NCBI GenBank assembly: GCA_937944945.1
Contig: CALEBD010000406.1
Coordinates: 48,050 to 112,049, forward strand
DNA from: an uncultured Clostridium sp.
GTDB taxonomy: Bacteria; Bacillota; Clostridia; Peptostreptococcales; Peptostreptococcaceae
Direction of reading: 5' to 3'
DNA: 64,000 nucleotides
Below the pieces are notes generated by a model. The model searched no databases and was not told the origin of the DNA. It worked only from the letters and a program-made list of their open reading frames with translations. Below are positions 35,035 to 47,200 of the stretch, piece after piece (position 1 is the first letter of the stretch; each line of letters opens with the position of its first letter). The translations under genes were made by a program, and so were the position numbers.

Positions 35035-38000
35035 ATGGCAACACGAGTTAAATATAAATTTGGAGACGATGAGTTCGACTTAAAGGACTATATCCATAAT
35101 TTAGAAACTAATTATCAATCCTATGTTGCAAGTAAGAATTGGAATGAAGGGTAGCAACAGGAGTTTAAAAACGCTTTTGATAAATATCTAACGGGATTGA
35201 AAGATTAGTTGTCTAATAACACTGGGAGATTTTATACAGATTATTCTGGAGCTATATTTGATAACAAAGGTGAGTTCAGTAACACTGATGATGATAATAT
35301 AGACCCAGTTGGTTCTGAGTATTATTATAATAATAAGGGGTAGAGAATTACAACAGACGATTATAATTTACTTAGAAAAAGAAAATAGAAGAACTTTAAT
35401 ACTTTTTCTGCTAATAGGTAGGTAGCTACCTATCTTAATAAGGTAGGTATAGCACTAAGAGACTACTCTAAACAAAATCCGTCTAACAATTCTTCTAATG
35501 CTTTCAACTTATCTAAGCATGGCTTCGAAAAATACTGGATGGATTAGAATAATCCATCTGGAGGAGATTTTGATTTTGCTCCATATGTGGAAAAGGATTA
35601 GATAGGAGAGGGTGGGGTACGAGGAACATCTAACAGAGCAGCATATCTAAAAGAATAGCTAGAGAATTATATTAAAAACTTAGGTGACTATGACTTTTCT
35701 TCTACTACATTTAAGGACAAAGATACTTATTTAGCAAAATTAAGAGCAGCTATGGAAAATCTTGACAATGGATATAACCATGAGGATGCTATAGCGCTTA
35801 ATTAGGCTGGTCTAAGTAGTAGTTTCTTAAACAACTTCTTTGGTACTGGAGAACAGTAGTAGAAATCTGAAGTAGAATAGGCAGCTGAATATATTGCAGC
35901 AGAATAGAAAAGACAATAGGATTAGGAAATTATAGACTAGGCTGCTAGAATGAAGGCTATGTCAGAGCTAGATTAGTGGGCTAAAGATAATTAGTTTCAA
36001 CCTAAATACTCAGGAGTATTAGAAGGGGGTGATTACGATCCTGATGCTATATTAAGCATGTTAGAGAAAGACTATGCTGATATAGAGGGGGATAACAATA
36101 AAGTAAAAGCTTGGTTAAACTTTGAACAACTTCTTAAAGATATAAGAGAACCTATGATTGAAGCAGATGCTATCATTAATGGACAACCAGTATCTACAAT
36201 AGAAGGTTCTAAAGCTGCAATGAGGAAATTAAGAGCTAATCTAGCTCAGAAGCTTAAATTTGCAGCACAAGAAGGATATATGAAAGCCTATGGAGATGAA
36301 TATATTATTCCAGGCTCCGAGGATTATAGTAATTATTCTTTAATAACATATAACCCTGTTACTGGGGAATATAAAGATCAATCTGTTATACTTAATGAAA
36401 AACTACGAGAAGCTATGGCCTATGATTGGTATAAAAAGAATACATCTGTTCCAAGTAATAAAAATGGAGGAGCCCTTTATTATTTATAGCAAGGTGGCTT
36501 TATGTAGAGAGAGAGAGAGAGAGAGGTACGAAAACAAAGAGAGGAATAGTAGAAGTGGGAACAGACATAGTAGAGTACAAAATCCAAAGATGAAGATACT
36601 AGAACCCCAGAGCAAAGAAAAGCAGGAGAAAGAGTACCAAAGTCTGGAGAGTTAAGCACCATTGATAAAGTGAGAATAGGTAGTGCTATTGCAGACATAG
36701 GGTCTATTTTAGCAGCATTTGTTCCTGGATATGGGACTGCTGCTTCTGCTATAGCTGGATTAGGTAGTACTGGAGCTAATCTTTATGCAGATATATCCGA
36801 TGATAGCGTGTCTAGATGGTAGGCTGCTGGAAATGCAGGATTTGACTTATTAATGGATGTAGCTGGATTAATTCCTGGATTAGGAGCTATGGGGAAAGCT
36901 GGAAAGATAGCAAAGACTCTTAAATATGTACTACCTACAGCTTTAACTATATGGGGTGTAGCTGAGAATGGAGGAGATGCTATAAAAGCCGCTAATAAAT
37001 TAATGAACGGGCAGGACCTAACCGTAGATGATTGGAAAGCCTTATCGTTTGGACTGTAGACTATTGCAAGAGGAACTAGAGCAGTCAAAGGAAATAAGTC
37101 AGTAAATAGACAATTAAAGAATACTAAGGAAAAAGCTCCTTATGAAACAATTACTGCCGAATCTGGCAAAACCTATAAAGTAACTCCAGAACAATTTAAA
37201 CAAATTACGTCTGCTACCACTTTAGAGGCACAAAATAAAGCCTTTAGAGAAGCTATAGGCTCTAGAAATTCGTCTGAACGGTTAGGAAGTAAGTTTAAAA
37301 CTTCTAGGTGGGAGAGAGTAAGACATCCATTTACTGCGGAACCTAAAACTGGAGGAGGAGTTGATTATATTGACAGAAGCCTAGATATTTCTACAATGGA
37401 AAGAATCCCTTGGCAATTTAAGGTAAATAACGGCCAACTAACTCCTAGAAGACTATCTAATGAATGGTTATTACAAAAAACTGGTAGATGGACGTTTGGG
37501 GATCCAACCATTAGTTGGTTTACGAGAAAAAACCCGCTATATAATAAATTAGTAGTTCCGTAGAGTTCTGCACCTACAGTAAGTACTCCTTAGATTAAAT
37601 CTTCCATTCGCCCCGGTTCTGGGCCTAACATAAGATAGTTAAGGATGTGGAATAGGACACCAGGGTATGCTAGAGCACAAGGATACGGAAGGGATTTTGG
37701 AGTAGGAGACACAAGAAACAGTAGGGAAATAAGCTTAGGAATAGAATTTGATAAGTAGGGAGGTATTCTTAAGTACTAGGATGGCAATGTTCTTACCCCA
37801 ACTGGTAGAGCAGGAGTAAGAAAAAAAGACACCTATACGTTTAATACAACTAATAGACTATAGTCCGTTCTTAATAAAATCAAAAAAGGCGAAATTACGG
37901 TTGATGACGCTAACGAGTTCCAAAGAAGACATTATACTATGTACTCTCAATGGACTTAGTAGCCAATGCAAGGATAGTCTGTAAGCTTATATTAGACTGA

Positions 38001-39411
38001 TTATAATAATTAGGGATGGAATGATGAAATTATAGCTCCTGGATTTACTAATAACTATGATATCCAGTCTACCAATCCTACTAGTGGAGACTCTATAGTT
38101 GGAAATTGGACTATTGATGGAATCTACGACTAGATTACAGATGATAGAAGAGTTATGGCTAGAGATTCTGATTATAAGGACTAGGCATCTAGAGATGCAG
38201 ATATTAAACTTGCAGAATAGGCTGGATTTGAGTATTATTTAGATCCAGAGACTAGATACTGGATGCTAAAAGAGAAGCCCAGAAAGGATGAAGGGTAGGT
38301 TTCTCCACCACGATAGGTGAGTGAGCCAGTTAAAAACGAACCAGTAGCAGAAGAAGAACCCATAGTAGAAAATTCTAAAGCCAACAATAATATTCTACGA
38401 ACTATCTTAGGCAATCCTACTATTACATATGGACTTCCTAGGGCAGTATATGCCGACAGAATGAATAGAAGAATGACAGACTTGGCTAAAGAATCAGTAA
38501 CTCCACTACTAAAAGACCCATTCTAGGTACATCGTTATACTAGGAGTGACTTAGATGCAGAAATGTAGGGAGAGAGAAATTACGCAGATCTTAGAAGGTT
38601 GGCTAGTAGACCTATTACTTCTGATGGAAGTCTGTAGACTGCTACACAATTACAAGCGGAAGTTTAGGGACAAGAAGCTAGAACAGCCGGAAAAGAAAAG
38701 AGTAATCAGACTTAGCGACAATATGATGAATTAGCTTGGCAACAAGAAAAAGAAAATGCTGCTAACCGACATGAAACGGCTATGTTTAATAGAGCATAGT
38801 AGTGGGGAGCTGACCAAGATAAGAGTAAATTTGAATAGGCTTACTTATCCAAAAAGTTTAACATTTGGGATACCTTTGGACAATAGTTAGAGTTTGAAGC
38901 TAGAAGTAGACAGTAGGAGTCCAAGGCTATAGCTGATCGTTTTGCTTATTCAGATATTCAAAATGCGGTTAACTCAGATCCTAATAGATACGGAGCTGGA
39001 CTTACGGAAGAAGAGTTAGCCTTACATAAAAGGTTATAGGCAGGAATAGCACCCTCATAGTTGATTTCTGAAAATAATAATAATGTTACTCTACTTTCCT
39101 CTATTAGATAGAAACTAAGTCAGGCGTAGCAAGCTCAGTTAAGTTAGTATTATAATATTAATCCTTCTAAATGGGCCGGAGTTAGATCTGCTCAAAAACC
39201 CTAGGAAATAATTATTACCAGAGCAGCGAGAAAAGGAGCAAAGTTAGCAAAGAATGGCTCCAAAATAGCTATCGCTGGAATAGAGGCCAAAACTGCAGAT
39301 GCAGAAAGATTTTAGAGACAAATTAAGGATTGCATCGATAGAAATGAGAAAACTCTAGATAGATTATCCAAAAGTTTATATGGACTTATAAAAGCTTCAA
39401 TGATAAAATGA
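35035..39411 (+). CDS. Large ejection/cargo protein with membrane-inserting hairpins (1458 aa, TAG=Gln)
   Basis: Fragments 36058, 36853, 38317 in one frame; AAFVPGYGTAASA and AGLIPGLGAMGK hydrophobic hairpins; TGA 39409-39411. Confidence 0.75.
36506..36525 (+). repeat. (AG)10 dinucleotide tract inside a CDS
   Basis: Perfect 20-nt AG run, currently in frame (QRERERE). Confidence 0.95.
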
Positions 39412-41285
39412 TACTGAAACTATAGCAAGGGGGGAATGCCCTTCCCCCTCTTGTTTCTTATCAACCAGTGACTGTTACTGGTAGGGCAACTGCTGAACCT
39501 ACTGCTGAGTCTAATGGAGAGGTTTCAGATTTAACAGATAAAGACTTGTTAGATATGATGGAAAAATTAAATGGATTACCTAGTGATATAGAATTGTTAA
39601 CTAATTCCTTATAGAATTTCTATATTGATTAGTAGTTTAGCCCCTTTCCTAATACTTCTAATATAGCATCTAAATACATGCAGATACTAAGTTAGCTAAA
39701 AGTTGCCAATTTTAATAAAGAATAGTTCGATAAAGCTCTAGAAATAGTAACCAAAAACGGGGGTCTGAATGAATTTGCTATTAATGATAGAGGACAATTA
39801 TTCTGCATAAATTCCGAAGGAGACTTCAAACTAATGAGTATAGACGAACTAGAGGGGTCTGATTATCAACCTCTTACAAATTCCGAATTATTACAATAGC
39901 GTGCATATTCTCCATCTTAGGCATTTAGAAACGACATACTTAAAGTGGTGTCTAATGGTATTGGGATGGAAGCCATTAATAAGTAGATACAAGACGTTAT
40001 ATCTAAACTAGGAAAGTCGGAGTTTGGAACTGAAGGATATACGACTAAATAGGCTAGTTAGGTGTTAGGAGGAATAGAAATACTTAATTCAGCAATTTAG
40101 TAGGGAGCCTTAGACAGTGGCCTAACTAACTTGTCAGTGGATGGCCTATATAAGAGTAAGATAATTACTTCTAGTCAAGCTGCGCAGGCAGAGAATGCTC
40201 TGAGTTATATTTATCATACTCTTCCAGAAAACGCAAGAACTTTACTAAAATTAAAATCAGGTGGAACCGATGAAGGAGTTAAAGCTCTTTTAACTTAGTT
40301 AGTTACTTCTAGTACTTCTAGCAAATTTGACTTTAATCTAGATTTGCAAAAATCATCTACTAGCTCAAAGGATTCTTCAGGTACTAAGGATACAACCCCA
40401 GAAATGAGTCTTGCGGAAAACATTCAACGTGGAGGAGGTACTCCTGTAGCTATGCCGTTTAAGTACGGAACTATGGATACAATGATTACTGATGCGCGGA
40501 TGTATCCAGTTACTAAGAAAAATGGGGAATCAATAGGAGGTAACGTTACATTATAGAAATTTACAGAAGATAGTTAGATTACCGGATTATATGATCTTAC
40601 TTAGGTTACTTTTGGAGACCAAATAATTCCAACTTCAGGAATTAAGGATATTCTCGTCGAAGACCCAACTATTTACCATGCTTATTTACCTATTGACCAA
40701 GATTAGGCTAGCAAAGGTATTATAACACCCGACTTAAAAAGTGTAGCTAGATTAGAAACTGCTAAGGAAAAATTAAAAGAGTTAGGTATAGAGTCAGTAG
40801 AGAATGTTAAAACTCCTCAAGAAATCGAGGCTGTTAATCAAGTATATGCAGAGCTTAAATTACCTCCTGTAAAATTAGAGGATGGCAAATTTACTCAATA
40901 TTATAGACAGTTTGGTATTTTACAAGGTGATGCATTTAGTAATGCTTTCTCTGACCCAGATGCAGTAATTCTTGGGGACTCACCAATGCTGCACAACGTG
41001 GAAGAAGAGAATATAGCCCAAGGTATATTCGATTTAATTAAAGGACCTAACTCTAAGGAAAAGTACGATCATAGAGGTGCATTCGATATGCATATATGGG
41101 GAAAACCTAACCATCAGAGTATATTTAAAGGGTTAATATTCTTACCATTGAAGACTACTGATAGGAATTACGGAAAAATGGTTGCAGGTAATGACATTAC
41201 AGAGAAGGAAGCCATAGAAAATCAAATGAAATATCAATAGGAACAGAGATTAAAGAGCACAACAATTGTTAGAGGATAGTTATGA
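39408..41285 (+). CDS. Virion cargo protein (625 aa, TAG=Gln)
   Basis: ATGA overlaps at both ends; MILKL(Q)QGG start; fragments 40344 and 40986 in frame. Confidence 0.75.
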
Positions 41286-44200
41286 TTCCAGAATAGAAAG
41301 AAAATGATTGGATTGTTGGAATATTAGGAAATCCATAGTTGTCTACAGCTGATTTAAAGGCAGCAGGATTTTCAGCAGATAATACTTCTCTACTAAATGA
41401 GAGTGAGTATTTAAAAAGTCCCAAAATTACTGACAATCCTATATTTAAGAACGAAAACGGGGAATTTGATAAGACCAAATTTCACGACTTTTATGAACGA
41501 GCATAGTTGACATACAATATATTATCTAATGATACCTACTTAGATAAAATGCTAAAAGATTAGACTACCTTTAGTTTTGATGATTGGTTAGTTCCTATAG
41601 ACTAGAGGTAGAAAGCAACAGATATGGTTACATACACAAAAACTCCTAACCCTAATAGAACTAATACTAGCCTCGTAAGATTAGGAGTTACTGATAATCC
41701 TAGATGGTCTATAAGTGAATTAGCACAGAGGGAAAAAGTAGCTGCCAATCCAGTAGAAGCAGGAGATGACTACTCAAAAATTATCTGGCACGAAGCCCCT
41801 AATGATTCTTGGACTACTGATTTTTTCGATACTAGAGTACTGGCTACTTATGATAATGATGGAGAACATATTGATTTAGTGACTGGGGAAAAAGTATAGC
41901 ACAAAAAGGGTGACTATAAATTGAATGAGAATGGAACATACTACTATGAAAATCTGGATGGCCGAGACATTTATGGTAAGCAAGTTCTTAATAAGATGAA
42001 TACTCTAACTAAGGATGGTTCTTGGATAAATAATTATGATTTCTTTGACTCTGATGATTTAAACGAAAAAAGTGTTGGAGGAACTATAATGAAGAATCTA
42101 GCTCTGGTAGGAAGTATGTTTATTCCATATGTAGGACCTTGGATAGCGGGAGCTAGCGTTGCTACTTAGCTGGTAGGACTTGCTGGAACTTTAGGTAAAA
42201 TGCTAACTGGAAGTGATTCTCCCACATTTTCAGCCATGGAAGGCTGGTCAAAATCAGTTAATAGGCAGACTGCCAAATCTTAGTTTGCACAAGAAAATAC
42301 TTGGTGTTGGGAAAATTTTATCTCTTTAATTGGAGATGTAGTAGGTTAGTTGAAGGAACAGAGATTCCTATTTGAGTTCGCTCCAGCCTTATTTAAGAAA
42401 AGCTCTGCTGTCACAGCAGAGGGATTGTCACAAGCTGGTAGAGAGAAGTTTATAGCAGAACAAATAGATAAATACAAAGATATAAATAATCTAAAACTAG
42501 CCTAGCTAATAGAGGGAGGGGCTACTCCATAGTAGCTTAGTGCTTTTAACACTGCAGCTAGCCTAAATAAATTTAGAGCAGAAGCAGACTATGACAAATT
42601 TGTGTAGGCTTACTAGAAAATAGGGTCAGTGCTGTCCAAAGGATATATGACTGCGGTTACAGTAGCTGATACTTATGGAGAAGCTAAGTCAGAGGGTAAA
42701 GCCACTGACTTTGAAGCTACTATGCTAACTTTAGGTTACGCGGCAGCAGAAGCGGCACTATTAAACACTGGAATAGGAGAGTGGATATTGCCTGAGTTAA
42801 AAGGAGAAGGATTAAAGAGAAGAAAAATTATAGAGGCATTTGCGAATGCTCCTAAAGAAATTAAGAATAGCGTCCCTGATAGAGCTAATAAGAAATAGTT
42901 AGCTAAGTATTGGTTTAAAAAAGGAAAAGAAATAGCTACTGACGTAACGTCTCTTGGAAAGGGCACCCTTGGGTCAGCAGTATCTGGTGGACTAGGAGAA
43001 GCTATAGAAGAAACTACCGAGGAACTGTTGGCCGACTTCTCTAAATCTTGCTATAATGCTGTGTAGTACTTGCAAGGGGACGAAGGTCGCATGAGCGCTT
43101 GGGATAATATGTTTGACCGATATGCTATGTCTTTCTTAGGAGGAGCCGTAGGTGGAGGTCTAACTGCACTAGGTACAGACTTTAAACTGAATAGATAGGA
43201 TATTACTCCTGAAGCTGCCCGTTAGCAACTTGTATATGACTTAAGAAATAACAAGAAATAGGATTATATAAAGACTTTAGAAAAGATGGAGATAGCTAAT
43301 CCATATCTCTCCTTTGAAAGCGATGGAAAATCCTTTAAACCATCTTCTAAAAGCGTCAGAAGTATGGATTAGGATGTCAAGAGAGCGTTTGTTTAGCAAT
43401 TAGACATTTATGATAATATTATAAAAGCTGAGGGATTAAAAGTATCTGACCAGTCTCTACTAGATACTTAGATATTTAAAGATGTAGCTCTGCAGGGGCT
43501 TTAGAATTCGACAGTTTCTTCTTTATTTTTACAGGACTTTAATAGTATAGTATCTAACATATTAAAAACTTAGGAATCTATCCAAAACATTAATAATAAA
43601 TACAAAGATTCTGATAAAAAACTAACAGACGAAGATAATAAAGAAATTGTTACACTAACTAAGGAATTAAACGATCTTAGGCTAAAAAAAGATAAGTATC
43701 TAGATGGTTCTTTAGCTATGGACTACATTTCTAAGGCAATGTTTGACTTGACTCCGGGATTTAGTGAGTACTATAGTAATTCCTTGTTCAAGGATTATGT
43801 TAAGCAGTAGTATAAGAAAAATATAAATGATTTATCTAGCGAAGATTTGAAAGAGGCTAGGGCTAAGTTTGATAATTGGAAGCAGACAGACTATAAGAAT
43901 AGAATATCTGATATTACCCCTATATACTTAAACTGGGCACGAAATTCTGGATTATTTATACAAGAGTATGCTAAAAATTATGACTCTATTAGGAGAAACA
44001 GGTCTATTTACGATTTAATTAAGAGTACTCTGAAGAGATAGGATCAATTAAATGCAGGTGCTTACACAGAGGAAAATAAAATAGATTAGGCTGCTGACTT
44101 AGATGCTTTTATGGATGCAGTATAGTCAGAATATCAGACTAGTAAAGCTGGGGCTACTTTAATTTTTTCTGGAAATAATGAGACCTTGAAACAATAGCTA

Positions 44201-47200
44201 TTAGAATTATCTTAGAATAAAAAAGGAAACAGTTAGAAGATTTCGGACCTAATTAACCGAGAATTATCATTTAATCTAGATAAATACTTCCAACAGTTTA
44301 AGACCTCCTCTATTAATCCAGAAATAAAGCACGAGATACTAAATTCATTATAGGCTCTAAAGGAGTGGTCAGGGAAGCAACAACTGCCCGTCCGTGATAT
44401 AAATATATCGAATATCTTAGAGGAGTTTGATAACTATGGATATAACGGAATAAACTCTAATACTAAAATCTCTGAATTAAAAGCAAAGGTTTAGGCTATG
44501 GACTTATTAGGTATACTAGGAAACGCTGATACACTTATTGCATATGCGGAGAACTAGGGACTATAGAATCCAACTCTACAAGATATAGAAAATATCTAGA
44601 AATAGTTTGGAGTAATAGATAGCAATATAGACTTATATACAAGGGAAATAAACAATTCTACTTATACAGATGCTATTTAGTTTGTATAGAATCATATTTA
44701 GGCCAATTCCCAAAAGGGAAATTTAAACATATCTGAGCTTATAGAGAAAATTAACTTTATCCTAGATGAAAATAGAGGTGATATAAGTGGTGTTAATTTT
44801 GATGAGGTAATAGGTCAGATAGACGATGCAGTAACTTCTATTAATTTTGCCAAAGGGTTAGTTTTGGGAGCACAAACATCTACTGATGGGGCAGACATTG
44901 GAAATCTTTTAGGATATAACAAAACTCTTAATGAGATAGCTAAAAAGAACAGAGTCACTGATTGGGAAGCACTTCCAGAAATAACTATGGAGGATGCAGC
45001 CATCATTAGTTAGGATTTAGATTTGATAAAAAATAAGCTAATTTAGGCGAAAGCTATATATGCTATAAATTAGGGGAAAAAGCTAAACTTAGTTAACAAT
45101 ACAGCAATTAATAAGAACTTTATCGAGTATAACAGATTATCAGACTTTATAGTTAATATAGGCGATGATTGGAAAGAAAGAGACAGGCTGTAGGATGCTA
45201 TTAACAATGCATTAACTCTGAAAGAGTTTGCTCCAACCAGAAATCAAAAGGGAATAAGTGCCTAGTAGAGAGATTCAATTGAATTAGAAAGAGTCGCTAT
45301 ATCTGATGCTGTTCATGACTTTTTCCAAGCTAATGAAGATCTAATTAAGCAAGGAAAACTAAAAGACTTATTTAGAAAAGGGTTTGACTTATATAGTTCG
45401 ACTAATCAGATAATTAGTTAGAATACAGAAGCATTAGAGGATTAGAATTTTGTATATTGGTTGGCTAGTAGAGCTGCTTTAAAGCAATCAGATTTTCTTA
45501 AAAAGTTTAAAACTGTAATAGATGGAGAAGTAGCTCCTCTTCCTACCCAAGAAGAATCTATATTTTAGGGACTAGCAGAGGTTCTAAATGGCGATATGAC
45601 TACCTAGTTTATGGAAGCGTTTAAATAGGCTGCTATAGAAAACTTCTAGGAAAGTAGTGATACTATTAAGGAGGACATTCTGAGAAATAAACTTGGGGTA
45701 AATACTGCTGAAGAGATAAGAAAATTTATCAATGATAACTAGATAGTAAATGAAGACATTATTCCCAAATTCGAGAATATATATCTAATAGAGGGCATCC
45801 CAGGAGCAGGTAAAAGTTAGGCAGTTAACTATTATATAACTAAAATGCTTCCAAAAGAACTATTGGAAAATAGCTGGTTTGTTCATAATAGTTAGAAGGC
45901 TGCCGATGAATAGGTCAAAAAACTTGGACTTAAGAAAGCATTCTCGAAAAATCCCTTTATGACTACAATTTACTCTAACTATAATACTAGTAGGGATACT
46001 AATAAATACGGATATAGATTATATGATAAGGAAGATTGGATTAAGGACTCTACTGGTAAGATTGTATATAAACATCAATCAGATGACATTGCTCCAGAAA
46101 ATGTTCCATCTTTGATTATTATTGATGAAATATCCCACTACGATGAAGCTGATTTATCTCTGATAAACGACTTTGCTAAAAAATATGGAATAACTGTTTT
46201 AACTGCTGGAGATTTTGACCAAAGTTCAAGCAAGGCTATGGTAGAGAGGTATGAAAATACTGAATTACAACTGAGTCCAAAAAGGTCTTTCTTCAAACAC
46301 GCGCCAAAGCTGGGAGTTAGTATGAGAACCTCTAATTCTCAATTAGACAAAACTTTAGCATCCTTTAGAACTACAGATAAAAACGATGTTGTACAGACAT
46401 ACTACTACGAGTAGCCCGGAAATTTTACAGGAGCTAAAGTAGTTTTTGATAAAGATGAGGCTAAGACTACTATTGACAATATTATGTCCTAGGTATCTGA
46501 TAAAGATAAGGTAGGACTTATTTATTATGATATGGAGTCTCCTTTATATCAGTATATGAATGAAAAGTATAATGGAAGATTCGAAGCATTTAGAGGTACA
46601 GCAGCATAGGGGTTAGAAGGCAGGTTTTATATAGCTGATTTTACTGGAAGTGATGAGCTTAGCAGAAAGAAAGATTTATATACAGCTATAAGTAGGGCAG
46701 AGTAGGGAGCCTTAGTTTATGGTTCTGAACTTACTAAAATCAAATCTAACAGAGAAAACGTTGTTACTATGTCTTCATTTTCGAAAGCTGGTATTGCAAG
46801 ATTTTCTGAAAATAGAAAAAAATTCCTGGAACAAAATTATCCTGAAAGTGTTAATCTAGTTAAAATTGATAGATAGGGCATTAAGACTGTAATAACAACT
46901 CCTCCTCCTACTAAAGTACCTCCACTAATAGCTACTCAGGATGAGTTAACTCTTCCTACTAATTATGGAGAAAAAACTGTAGAAGCGTTAAACGAAAAGT
47001 AGTCAGAATAGCCTATTCCAGAACTAGGAGAAGATTTTGTATATCTACTACATTCCCACAATACATTTGAGTTAGGAATGAAGGAAAAGGACGGAAAATT
47101 AGTATTTGAAGATGAAATTTCTAGATATAGATACAGAATTGATAGTGCTATAGGACTAGCTAAAATATTTGAACTAGACTGGAAAAATCCGGTAAAGGAC

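Noticed and set aside
10082..36655. Alternate-frame plus-strand ORFs (10082, 14041, 21469, 28394, 36395)
   Set aside because: Nested out of frame in well-supported genes, with no coding features
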